DNA of 64,000 nt, taken from Octopus vulgaris (lineage: Eukaryota). Below are positions 1 to 12,369 of the stretch, one piece after another. The stretch is taken from the NCBI GenBank assembly GCA_951406725.2, contig OX597837.1, positions 36,022,001 to 36,086,000 of the forward strand. Direction: 5' to 3'. Position numbers and translations under genes: made by a program. Under the pieces are notes generated by a model. The model saw only the letters and a program-made list of their open reading frames with translations, was not told where the DNA came from and made no database searches. Every line of letters begins with the position of its first letter. Position 1 is the stretch's first letter.

Positions 1-222
<222 letters not shown>

Positions 223-620
223 GACAGTATAGAAGTTTGTTCATTTGACAGTAAAAGTACATTTCTATCTATCTATTTATCTATCTATCTAGATGGATGG
301 ATGGATAGACAGACAGACAGACAATTAGGAATGTAGTGTGTGTTGGCTGGGTGGGTGCTGGTAGTGCATGTAGCATTGTGTGGATAGGTTGGTATACGCG
401 TGTGTGTGTGTATGTACATAAACGCACACACACACACACACACACAAACGTGTGTCTCTCAGACATTATCTGTGTGTGTATAATACATATATATACACCC
501 ACACACTAATACCCACACTTGTCCCTCTTTCTCATATGTATGTGTATGTATATATACATTGTGTGTGTGTTTTTATATATATATATATTGTGTGTGTGTT
601 TTTATATATATATGTGTGTG

Positions 621-666
<46 letters not shown>

Positions 667-869
667 TACATACATACACACCCAGATACCCACACTTATC
701 TCTCTCGCACACATACAGGCTTATATATACATACATACATACATACATATATATATATAAATAACATACATGCACATGTGTCTCTCTTATTTATATATGT
801 ATACATACGTTATGTTTGTGTGTATATTTATATATACACACACACACACTTGTCTCTCTCACATACAGG

Positions 870-912
<43 letters not shown>

Positions 913-1026
913 GTGAAACAAGGTATACTTAAATACCAGTGGTATATATGCTTTATATATATATATCAGACATAGCAAAAACTGTCTGATGCACAGTACA
1001 GATTGTCTCTGCTGTTAAAATAAAGT

Positions 1027-1057
<31 letters not shown>

Positions 1058-1822
1058 ACATACATGTCTCTCATATATATATATATGTATACATACATTA
1101 TGTTTATGTGTATATTTATATATATATATATATATATATATAAACATACATGTGCACGTATCTCTCATATATATCTTACATATGTACTTGTATATATGAA
1201 TTGTAAAGAGAGAGAGAGAGAGAGTAAGGGAGATGTAGATACGTAATGCTATAGGTTGCATTGCTGCTCCACAATAAAAATAAAATAGGTGATGGAGGTG
1301 GGGGAGAGGGGGAGGGCAGAGGGAGAAAGAAGAGAGAAGAGAATTCGAGTGCGGACGGACGTAGAGGGAAGTGCAACCAGACACGGCAGCAGAAACGAAT
1401 CAGAAGTTTGTAGTTCATAAGGCCTTTCAGTTGTGGGACAAGGCGCATGAAGGGACCTGCTTACGAGAATAGTTATAATAATGACCATGGTTTTCACTTT
1501 CTCAGATACGATCTAGGTGAAACACATTCACTGCCAAGTGTAAATATTAAAGTCAATACAAAATTGGCCAGGTTCCAGTGAGTTGGCCAACTTCAAGCAC
1601 CTGTAGTATAATTTTGAGGTGGTGGCCGGGGTCGGCAGGTGGGCTAGAGCAGAATAATATAATTAGCATTGCTGCTGCTGTTGTTGTTGTTGTTATTATT
1701 ATTATTGATGTTGTTTAGCCCAAGGTCAATCCTAATCTAGCACAGATCTATAAATGAAAGCTTTCCATCTGTGGCCATCTTGAGGTTTTAGTACATTAAA
1801 ATATTAAAATCATTCTTCAAAA

Positions 1823-1979
1823 GGTGTTGGCTGTGTGGTTATAAAGCTTTGCTTTGTGATCTCGTGATTCTGGGTTCAGTCCCACTGCATGCATCTTGGG
1901 CAAGAGTTTTCTACTATCGCCTTGAATCAACCAGTGCCTTGTAAGTGAGAATATAGCTGATGGAAACTGTGTGGAAGCT

Positions 1980-2042
<63 letters not shown>

Positions 2043-2587
2043 GTGTGTGTGTGTGTGTGGAGGCACAATGGCCTAGTGGTTAGGGCAGCGGACTCGCGGT
2101 CATAGGATCACAGTTTCGATTCCTAGACCGAGTGTTGTGAGTGTTTATTGAGCGAAAACACCTAAAAGCTCCACGAGGCTCCGGCAGGGGGGGGGTGATC
2201 CCTGCTGTACTCTTTCACCACTCTTTCTTCTGTTGGCCTGCTCGCTTAGCCAGCGGGGTGGCGTCATTCAAAGGCTAAAACAATGCGAACGCATTGTGAC
2301 CAGCGATGTGCAAAAACGTCTGATAGTCTGGTCGGTCACATGATCATGTGATATATATATATATATATATGTTTATATATGCATGCATATATGTTTGCCT
2401 CTCCACCCCTACTGCTTGACAACCAGTGTTGGTTTGTTTACATCCCTGTAACTTAGCTGTTCAGCAATAGAAACTGATAAAGTACCAGACTTGAAAATAA
2501 GTACTTGGGTTGATTGTTTATACTAAAATTCTTCCAAGGCAGTGCCCCAGCATGGCCACAGTCCAATGACTGAAACCAGCAAAATAT
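1823..2587 (+). mobile_element. tRNA-derived SINE family A (octopus OK-like), with a family B SINE nested in its central microsatellite
   Basis: Head with A/B-box-like GGCTGTGTGG..GGTTCAGTCCC, then CTTGGGCAAG, and 3' end CAGCATGGCC..GACTGAAAC shared with more than 20 copies in the window; CpG-decayed. Confidence 0.85.
2059..2350 (+). mobile_element. tRNA-derived SINE family B (OR1-like)
   Basis: tRNA-like head GGAGGCACAATGGCCTAGTGGTTAGGGCAGCGGACTCGCGGTC..GTTTCGATTCC; homologous to 8777-9077, 23645-23935 and 57033-57289. Confidence 0.88.
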
Positions 2588-2974
2588 TAAAGCCATGATG
2601 TCCTTGATTCAACAGAGTGATTCGAGGGGAGTTTTGACTGCCTTTGTAGCAAGTCAAAGCAGCCACATGGATGGAGGTTTACTCTGCTTTGGATATGTGG
2701 TAAGGAAATTCACCTCATGGTTTCGTGGCTCAAACTGACTCTGGTTACATGTTCAAGCCATGACCATTCCATTTATTTTAATCCATGACTAAAACATTAC
2801 ACAATGTGGTCTTCATTTTTTAAGATACCGCAATGTGATTGGAGAGGATGTGGCAGCTATTTCTAGCAGAGTGAGTGGCCACATAGCAGGGCTCTCATTA
2901 GTTTGGCTGCATTTTTGAATTCAATATGTCTACTATTTGTGAACATGTTCATATTAACAATAATAATAATTATC

Positions 2975-3183
2975 CTTTCTACTAAAAGCACAAGGTCTGA
3001 AATTTTGTGAGGAGGGGAAGAGTCGATTACATCGACCCCCAGTACTCAACTGGTACTTATTTTATCAACCCCGAAAGAATGAAAAGCAAAGTCAACCCCA
3101 ATGGAATTTGAACTGTAATGACAGACAAAATACTGCTAAGCATTTTGCCTGGCATGCTAACGATTCTGCCAGCTTGCCACCTT
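2975..3183 (-). mobile_element. SINE family D (Meta-domain-like)
   Basis: Reverse copy of GGCGGCGAGCTGGCAGAA..GACTTTGCCTTTCATCCTTTCGGGGTCGATAAA..GTACCAG; flanked by (AAT)n. Confidence 0.85.
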
Positions 3184-3205
3184 AATAATAATAATAATAA
3201 TAATA

Positions 3206-3447
3206 TGGAACTTCTCTATACATACCGACAAAACTATAAAAGCTAATAAACCGGATATTATTATAAAAGATCAGACAAAAAGGGTGTGTTTATTAATTGA
3301 CACGAGTATTCCTTGTGATCACAATATAACAGCGAAAGAATTTGACAAGATCAGTAAATATTAAGACATGCTAATAGAAATTGAAAAATATGGCATCTCA
3401 AGGCGACTACAGTACCAGTAATTGTAGGATCTCTAGGAATGATAAAA
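3206..3447 (+). pseudogene. R4/Dong-clade LINE restriction-like endonuclease fragment
   Basis: Hand translation WNFSIHTDKTIKANKPDIIIKDQTKRVCLLIDTSIPCDHNITAKEFDKISKY*DMLIEIEK/WHLKATTVPVIVGSLGMIK matches the RLE pattern (KPDI..D..P....K..KY); one stop and one frameshift. Confidence 0.9.
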
Positions 3448-3696
3448 CCTTAGTCACAATTTATATTCCTAACACCAGCTTAATGAAAGCTGAGTTATTT
3501 TACTAAATTTTTTGTTATATTGGGAATTAATTAAAAGAAACACAGATCATCTCAAAATAAGTACAGTAACGAAAGGGTTAAACCTCAAATAGCTATGGGC
3601 ATCAACTAGAACAAAACAGGAACCAAAGGGGTCCATAGGTAAAATCTGGTTGAGACCCCTTGATTTAAAGCTATAAATGGCTCCGTTATATCTGCA

Positions 3697-3872
3697 CAGT
3701 TTGCATCTCCAACGTGGAACCTTCATCTTGTCCAGAATATTGATCTGTTGGAACCCGTCCAGAGACTTGCTACCAAATATATACCCTCAATCAGTCAGTT
3801 AACAGACCTTGAACATCTTGTTTTTCTGGGCATCGACACACTAAAGCTTCTATGTTTAGCAGCTGGTTTGGT
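3697..3872 (+). pseudogene. CR1-clade LINE ORF2 C-terminal fragment
   Basis: QFASPTWNLHLVQNIDLLEPVQRLATKYIPSISQLTDLEHLVFLGIDTLKL resembles the CR1 pattern EYA..VWsPh...dI..LE.VQRrATk.I..l..L.YeeRL..LgL.sL. Confidence 0.85.
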
Positions 3873-4170
3873 AGGAGATTTTAAAGCAAAACTTGGTTGC
3901 TATTTTTAGCGTTTCACACAATCACACAGAGAAATCTTGGTGGAGGTAGATATGAGAGGGGGATGGGTGGACATAAGCATAGATAAGTTTAACATTATAG
4001 AGAAACTGGGACAATTTCTGATGCACACACACATACACAGACACACATACATATATATATAAACATACACACACATATAGACACACACACACATAGACGC
4101 ACACACACACATATATATATATATATAGACATACAGACACATGCACTTACAGTCACATACATAGAGACAC

Positions 4171-4240
<70 letters not shown>

Positions 4241-4481
4241 ATATAGATATGCACACACACACACACACATACATAGACATATGCACACACACACACACAC
4301 ACACATACATATCACCATCTGAACATCTGTGTGTGTGTGTAAGTAGGTGCGGAGATATCAACATGTATGTATATGCTGGAGTGTGTGAGTGAGTGTATAT
4401 ATGTTAATTATGCATGTACATGAACCTGATAAAATAGGTCAGTGACTTCCTCTCTTTACATATCTACATCAGTGCAGTAAT

Positions 4482-4549
4482 ACACACACACACACACACA
4501 CACATATACATGCATACACACACACACACACACACACATATACATGCAT

Positions 4550-4580
<31 letters not shown>

Positions 4581-4693
4581 TGCATATACACACACACACA
4601 CACACACATATACATGCATATACACACACACACACACACACACATATACATGCATATACACACACACACACACACACACATATACATGCATAT

Positions 4694-4724
<31 letters not shown>

Positions 4725-4792
4725 TGCATATACACACACACACACACACACATATACATGCATATACACACACACACACACACATATACATG

Positions 4793-4828
<36 letters not shown>

Positions 4829-4897
4829 CATATACACACACACACACACATATACATGCATATACACACACACACACACACACATATACATGCATAT

Positions 4898-4928
<31 letters not shown>

Positions 4929-4993
4929 TGCATATATACACACACACACACATATACATGCATATACACACACACACACACATATACATGCAT

Positions 4994-5024
<31 letters not shown>

Positions 5025-5293
5025 TGCATATACACACACACACACACACATATACATGCATATATACACACACACACACACACATATACATGCATATACA
5101 CACACACACACACACACACATATACATGCATATACACACACACACACACACACACATATACATGCATATACACACACACACACACACACACATATACATG
5201 CATATACACACACACACACACACATATACATGCATATACACACACACACACACACACATATACATGCATATACACACACACACACACACACAC
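4482..5293. repeat. Compound minisatellite [(CA)n TATACATGCATATA], roughly 24 units
   Basis: Near-invariant 14-bp core separated by variable CA runs. Confidence 0.97.
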
Positions 5294-5394
5294 TATATCA
5301 GAGATGTGTACATGTATATTTCATGAGCGTTTCCATGGAGATACAAACACCACACATTATTGCCATGTCTGCAGGTGTGTGTGTGTGTGTGTGT

Positions 5395-6255
5395 CATCAT
5401 CATCATCGTTTAACATCTGCTTTCCATGCTAGCATGGGTTGGACGATTTGACTGAGGACTGGCGAACCAGATGGCAGAGTTTCTACAGCTGAAGGCTCTT
5501 CCTAATGCCAACCACTCCAAGAGTGTAGTGGGTACTTTTACGTGCCACTGGCACGAGGGCCAGTCTGGTGGCACTGGCAATAGCCTTGCTCAAGTGGGTT
5601 TTTTTTTTTACGTGCCACTGGCACGAGGGCCAGTCTGGTGGCACTGGCAATAGCCTTGCTCAAGTGGTTTTTTTTTTTACGTACCACTGGCACGAGGGCC
5701 AGTCTGGTGGCACTGGCAATAGCCTTGCTCAAGTGGGTTTTTTTTTTTTACGTGCCACTGGCACGAGGGCCAGTCTGGTGGCACTGGCAATAGCCTTGCT
5801 CAAGTGGTTTTTTTTTTTTACGTGCCACTGGCACGAGGGCCAGTCTGGTGGCACTGGCAATAGCCTTGCTCAAGTGGGTTTTTTTTTTACGTGCCACTGG
5901 CACGAGGGCCAGTCTGGTGGCACTGGCAATAGCCTTGCTCAAGTGGTTTTTTTTTTTTACGTGCCACTGGCACGAGGGCCAGTCTGGTGGCACTGGCAAT
6001 AGCCTTGCTCAAGTGGGTTTTTTTTTTACGTGCCACTGGCACGAGGGCCAGTCCAACAGCACTGGCAACAACTTCGCTCGAATGTTTTACACAACACTGG
6101 TAACAATCACGTTTGAATGGTACTTTTTATGGCAGCGATGACACTCGGATGGTGCTCTTAGTGCTCCACTGGCACAGGTGCCAGTCTTCGAATTTATGAA
6201 TTTGATTTGATTTCGATTTCACTTCCCTCAATAGGTCTTCGCAAGCAGAGTTTAG
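5395..6255 (-). mobile_element. SINE-like family E ((GAT)n tail) with internal tandem expansion
   Basis: (CAT)n-GTTTAAC..CCATGCTAGCATGGGTTGGAC..CTTCCTAATGCCAACCAC shared with copies at 10570, 14575, 15565, 35482 and 42895. Confidence 0.85.
5537..6058. repeat. Tandem array of 69-71 bp unit, 7 full copies plus a partial eighth
   Basis: CGTGCCACTGGCACG starts at 5541, 5611, 5680 (one substitution), 5751, 5821, 5890, 5960 and 6029; units otherwise differ mainly in T-run length. Confidence 0.97.
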
Positions 6256-6389
6256 TAGTACATAAATGTAAAACAAGATGCACTAAGAATAAGTACAAGG
6301 TAAAATTACTACCTGCTTTTATAGCAAATTGATGCTATTCTGACTTTTAGTTCAGGCAATTGAAAAAACTGCATTATTTATGAGATGAC

Positions 6390-6434
<45 letters not shown>

Positions 6435-6579
6435 TTTACTGGGATCTGATTGCTGGAAATTTGACATTCCTTTATAAAAGAATGTCAAATTGAGTGCTTA
6501 CTTGATATCTACCAGGATTTTTAATCCTACTTTTGACTATTTATTCTTTTTATATGTGAATATATATATATATAATATA

Positions 6580-6620
<41 letters not shown>

Positions 6621-6621
<1 letters not shown>

Positions 6622-7000
6622 TAGCAGTATCGCCCGGCGTTGCTCAGGTTTGTAAGGAAATAACTATAAAGCATTTTTAGAGAGTTATAGCCAAAAAATA
6701 GAAAAAAAATGGAAAAAAATGATGGTAAATTTTTTTTTGAGATTTAAAAAAGGTAGAGTTGCGTCCCCTAGACAGTTTGTGGTTCGTATTCCTGATTCTC
6801 GACCCCATGTCGAATTTATCGATTTTTTTCAGAACTGGGGGAACTTTTCAAAATTTTCGCTGCGTTAGTTTTGAACTATGACATTGGGCTATGTGTGTGT
6901 CAAGTTTCATCAGAATCGGTTGAAAGCCGTGGTCAGGGTGAGGGTACAAGCAAACAGACACACAGAAATACGCACAGACAAACTGCCGTTTATATATAGA
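6621..7000 (-). mobile_element. Non-autonomous Helitron
   Basis: Minus strand starts TCTATATATAAA and ends CCTGAGCAACGCCGGGCGATACTG-CTAG (TC...CTAG termini with a GC-rich subterminal hairpin); inserted in (TA)n. Confidence 0.75.
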
Positions 7001-7173
7001 GAGAGATATATATATATATCATCATATATATATATATATATATATCATCATATATATATATATATATATATCATCATATAAAATATTATTAGAGACAAAA
7101 CCACTATTTTGCAAAACAAACAAGGAAAGACTTAATCAATACATAAAATTTTAATAAATAGTCAAAAAAACCG

Positions 7174-7216
7174 CCACTACAATCGTTTCTTGTCTTGATC
7201 GACAATCTTCAGGTGG
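7174..7216 (-). ncRNA. Type I hammerhead ribozyme, canonical core, in a Penelope-LTR-like insert (about 7083-7245)
   Basis: CCAC CTGAAGA TTGTC gatcaa GACAA GAAA CGATTG TA GTGG: stem I CCAC/GTGG, 5-bp stem II, near-palindromic stem III, GUA triplet. Confidence 0.88.
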
Positions 7217-7257
7217 ACTTCAATTTGGATTTATTCCCTAATATTTATTATTTATAT

Positions 7258-7295
<38 letters not shown>

Positions 7296-7537
7296 TCATA
7301 TATATATATATATATATACATACATACATACATACATATATATATACATATATATATACATATATACTTGCATCTATACGTATATATATATATATATATA
7401 TACATGCATTTGTAGACACAGGATGTCATGAAACGTGTACAACAAAAAAATACAAAGCATGAGTACATGGAACATGAGCTATTCTTTCAAACAACAAAAG
7501 ACACAAATGGAAAACAAGACAAACAACATAAAGAACG

Positions 7538-7600
7538 ACCCTTCATCAGTTGTTGGCTGTTTTTCTAGTCTTGTATTTCGAGCATTTAACAACAATATAC
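7538..7600 (-). ncRNA. Candidate non-circularly permuted hammerhead ribozyme
   Basis: GTAT-A-TTGTTG ttaaat GCTC-GAA-ATAC [17 nt] CAACAA-CTGATGA-A-GGGT; stems III (4 bp), I (6 bp) and II (4 bp with two G-U) are all in register with the core. Confidence 0.7.
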
Positions 7601-7987
7601 GCTTACGATAAAGCAGTTACTCCTGCAAAGCAAATTAAATAAAATTTGGGATTTTTACAGAGAGTCAAAATAGGTAACACAAACAGGACAGTGAAAACAA
7701 ACAGGAAGGACTGCTAAGCCTAAACGATATTCTGGTGGTGAATGTGTAAATCAAGCGTGGGCAGGAGACAGACAAGAACATGTCTTCCTTGTTCCAGCTA
7801 TAACGGAGAGAAAGAAAGAAACACAAGTTAGGAGAAGAAAGATGGTCAAAGGTCACGTGGGAGCAAGGGAAGAGGAATGAGGGAGAGAGAGTGACAGAGC
7901 AATAGGAAAGAGCAGTGGAAGAAGAGGAGGTAAACGAATAAGAGAGAAAGAGAAAAATGAAAGAGTAAAATGATATATATATATATT

Positions 7988-8021
<34 letters not shown>

Positions 8022-8147
8022 TACATATGTAAACACCAGGTATACAGACACTCCTATATATATATATATATATATATAGTATATATATATATATATATAC
8101 GTGTATATATATATACATATATGTATATATACATATACTTATATATG

Positions 8148-8184
<37 letters not shown>

Positions 8185-8491
8185 AGTGATTAAATACAAA
8201 CAAACACATACATACATGTGTATATGCACACAGACACATATATATATATACATACATATCCTTAACAACTCTCTTATCTGCTATCATGCTCAATGCCCTC
8301 TCATATCAAACATAGTCCCACCTTCCCCCCTAGCCACTCCTATATCTCTCACCATCACAGACTACGTTCACCTTTATTCCATTCTCTAACCGTTTCTCCT
8401 CACAATCTTATGAAACTGCCACTTCCATTCCCCCACCCGCCTGCTCACTCCAATCCGCTGTAGCACTTCACCTATGTTCACCTACAACTCT

Positions 8492-8710
8492 ATGAGGGTC
8501 AGCTGAAAAGGTCCTGACTTTTGATAAAAGAAAATACAGGAGGACCTGGGTAATTGGGGTTTTACTCAACATATTCCTCTCTTAGATTCACACATTTATT
8601 GCAAGTAGTTCTTCAGTTTTTCTAAGCTTTGTAAAAGACCTTGGCAATTTGGGCTTCCAACCAAGCCTTTCATGGTACTCTTAAAGCCAGGAACTTCTCA
8701 GCACTGCCCC
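8492..8710. mobile_element. Mariner-type MITE (family also at 9107-9300, 62231-62452, 62477-62691)
   Basis: Degenerate TIRs GAGGG..GCTGAAAAGKTCCTG / CCAGGAACTTCTCAGCAC and a shared internal CTCTCAGATTCACACAC. Confidence 0.7.
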
Positions 8711-8734
8711 CCACCACTGTGTGTGTGTGTGTGC

Positions 8735-8776
<42 letters not shown>

Positions 8777-9077
8777 GTCACGTGACCGACCAGACTATCA
8801 GATGGTGCTACACATCGCTGGTCACAATGCACTTGGCATTGTTTTAGCCTTCAAATGACGCCACCCTGCTGGCTAAGTGAGCAGGCCAACAGAAGTAAGA
8901 GTGAGAGAAAGTTGTAGCGAAAGAGTACAACAGGGGTCGCCACCATCCCCTGCCGGAGCCTCGTGGAGCTTTAGGTGTTTTCGCTCAATAAACACTCACA
9001 ACGCCCAATCTGGGAATCTAAACTGCGATCCTACGACCGTGAGTCTGCTGCCCTAACTACTGGGCCATTGCGCCTCC
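8777..9077 (-). mobile_element. SINE family B (OR1-like)
   Basis: Reverse complement of the GGAGGCGCAATGGCCCAGT.. head; full length. Confidence 0.88.
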
Positions 9078-9964
9078 ACACACATATATATATATATATA
9101 TATATACAAGAGTGTGCTGGAAAGTTCTTGTCTTTGGGTAAAACAAAAAATACATGAGGATCAGTTAATTAGGACTCTATCAAATATATTCTTCCCCTCT
9201 CAGATTCACACACTTACTACAGTAGTCCTTCAGTTTTTCTAAACCCTGTAAAAGAACTTGGGCGGTTGGGCCTCAAACCAGGCCTTTCTCTTGTACCTTG
9301 AGGTCATGTCTTGACACATCTCCTCCACCATCTCTCTCACTCCCTCTATCTCCACTTTCCTTTCTAATTCTGTCTCTCAATCTCTCTCTCTAATGCTCTC
9401 CTTCCTTTTCCAACTGGGGCATCCTCATATCTCTTCTACAGCAACTCACTTATTTCTCTACTTTTGTCATACTTTTTAACCTCTCCCACCCCCCAACTTG
9501 CACAAAGCCACTTCCATTATACTACTACTCCTTCCAATTGAGGTGTTTTAGTCAGAAAAGATACTTGGTGACTCTACCAGTGCTGATACCAGGAAAAAAG
9601 TACCCAGCACCCTCTGTAAAGTGGTTGGCATTAGGAAGGGCTTCCAGCTGTAGAAACCTACCCTCAGCTGGATTTGAACTCAAGACTATTATCACATGAC
9701 ATCCGTCTCGCCTGGATTTGAACTCAGAGTGCAAAGAATCGGAAAATATACCATTTAATGGTCTAGCAATCCCAACAGTTTGTTCTCTTGGTCTGGGATT
9801 ATATATTATCAACACCTGGAAGAGGTCAAAGGGCAAGGTGACTTGGGTGGGATTTGAACTCAGAGAGCAGAGAACTGCAACAAATACCACAAACACAGAC
9901 ATTACAAGCACTACAAGATGTTTTTTCCTCCTACGATTTAACGATTCAACCAGATTGCCACCTA

Positions 9965-10195
9965 TGGTGTTAATATTGATTTCAAGTTTTTAGCCCAAGG
10001 CAAACAATTTCAGGGGTGTGGGTGGAGGTGAGTCAATTACATCAACCCCAGGATGCAACTGGTACTTATTTTTTCGACGCTGAAAGGATGAAAGGCAAAG
10101 TCAACCTTGGTGGAATTTGAACTCAGGACGTAGAGATGGATGAAATGCCACCAAATATTTTGCCCCGTGCCAACAATTCTGCCAGCTCATGCCTT
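9965..10195 (-). mobile_element. SINE family D
   Basis: CTGGTACTTATT..GAAAGGATGAAAGGCAAAGTCAACC..GAATTTGAACTCAG. Confidence 0.85.
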
Positions 10196-11409
10196 GATGT
10201 TGATCAATATGAAACACAAGGCCATACATTTGGCAAAAAGAAGAAAGGAAACCTATGAAAAAGGGATGCTGCTACTGCTGTTGATGATGGTGCTGCTGAT
10301 TTTGCTGCTGCTGTTGTTGTTGCTGCTTACGATGCTGTTACACAAAGACAAACGTTCTAGAACATATTCATAAAATGGTTGATTTTCCAACTGATAAGCA
10401 AGCCTTTACTCACAAACCAAATTCCCTCTCTCTCTCTCACTCTCACACACACACGCACTTACTCACAAACACACATGCACACACAATATGGATGAAGTTG
10501 TAACACCAGCTGCAAGATTTCAAAATTGCATCTGCTGCACACCAGGTACCTATACTTGTAGCTAGCATATCATCATCATCATCATTTAACATCTGTATTG
10601 CATGCTGTCATGGGTTGGACCGTTTGGCAAAACATGACCAGTCAAAGGACTGCACTGAACACCAGTGCCAACTTTGGCAAGGTTTCCATGGTTGGATGCC
10701 CTTCTTAACACCAGTCACTTTGTAGATTGTACTGAGTATTTCTTTTTTATTTGTGGTGCCAGCAATAGTGAGGGTGCCAAGTAGCTTGCAAAACAACATC
10801 CCCTGACAGAGTGGTAGGGGCAGTGTGGTATTGAGGGAGGTGGCTTTGTGATAGGTGATGAGAGGTTAAAGTACAATAAAAGAACAGGGCCCAGTCACTT
10901 GCTGTACAGGAGTTAAAGTACATGGTTTTCCAAGCAGGGAAAGGCAAAAGGATGATGGAGGGGAGCTGTTAAGGTATATTGCTAAGGTACAAGAAGGGGG
11001 ACAAAGTTGGAACAGGGGTAGGGCAGAGAATTGAGGATGGCTGGATGTGTAAGTTTGCTAGTGTGAAAAGAGAATGATGTGGGTTTAGAGGTGAATGCAG
11101 TGAAGGGTGAACATGGATTGGAAGTGTGGTCAGTGGTGATTTGCAGTTTGAGGAGGAAGACAAAAGGAAACAGGAGTAAGTCAAGGCACACACACAGGCA
11201 CACACACACATATATAAGTGAAGATGAAGACATAAGAATGACATGAAATATAGTGGTGGGGTCACAATGAGAGAAAATGTACTCCTATAACCCTACTTCA
11301 GTGTGGTGTCTCAAGTAACACTGTTGGAATTTTTAACAATGTTCCCTCTCCATCTCACAAGGGATAGACTGACAGATGGACAAATAGATAGTTATGGAAA
11401 ATAAATAGA

Positions 11410-11800
11410 GCATGGCTGTGTGGTAAGAAGTTTGACTCCTAACCACATGGTTCTGGGTTCAGTCCCATTGTGTAGCACCTTGAGCAAGCGTCTTTTACTA
11501 AAGCCTTGGGCTAACCAAAGCCTTGTGAGTGGATTTGGTAGACAGAAACTGAAAGAAGCCCATCATGTGTGTATGTGTGTATCTACATGTATTTGTCATT
11601 GTGTCAGTTTGCCCTCCCACCACCACGTGACAGCTGGTGTTGGTGTGTTTATGTTCCTGTAACTTAGCAGTTCGGCAAAAGAGTTCAATTTAAGTACCAG
11701 GCTTTTAAAAAAAGTACTGTGGGATCGATTCATTCGACTAAAAGTCCCTTGAAGCAGTGCTCCAGCATGACCACAGTCTAATGATGGAAACAAGCGAAAG
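11410..11800 (+). mobile_element. SINE family A
   Basis: Full head-to-tail match to the family consensus seen across the window. Confidence 0.88.
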
Positions 11801-12159
11801 ATAAGAGATAAACGATAAAAAAGTAGACAGACAGACAACGTTGTTGATATTGACCAAAGACATCACATGAGAAAAGATGAGGCAAGTAAAGAAAAAGGTT
11901 TTTGTAGGAGTGTACGCAGCATGTGTGTTACACCAGTTCTATGCATAGTTTAAATATTGAGATTGAAAGGCAGGGGCAAATTATGCCTACCTAATCTACA
12001 AACAAATGAAATATTTTGTATTTTATGCAGAGTAATCAGAGTAACCTTCATAATTTTATTGAATTAGGTACATATTTTGCCATAAAAGGAAAATGTTGCT
12101 ATCAACCCATTTTATTCAAGGTAGGCACTTGTCCACCTTGCCTACCCAAGCAGTACATC

Positions 12160-12352
12160 CTTGATATATTCTGCACCTGGATGGGGTGCTGGCCCATCGT
12201 AGGATTAGTCGTTTTTGCCAGCTGAGTGGACGGGAGCAAAGTGAAATGAAGTGGTTTTGCTCAAGGACACAACGAGTCGCCCTGTCCAGGAATTGAAACC
12301 CCAATCTTAAGATTGTGCGTCCAACACCCTCACCACTGAGCCACGTGCCTCC
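12160..12352 (-). mobile_element. tRNA-derived SINE family C (OR2-like)
   Basis: Minus-strand head GGAGGCACGTGGCTCAGTGG..GTTTCAATTCC, then TGTGTCCTTGAGCAA. Confidence 0.8.
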
Positions 12353-12369
12353 ACACATACAAGGATGAA

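Noticed and set aside
5537-6058. CRISPR-like palindromic repeat array
   Set aside because: Intervening sequence is identical between units, there are no cas genes, and it lies inside a eukaryotic SINE.
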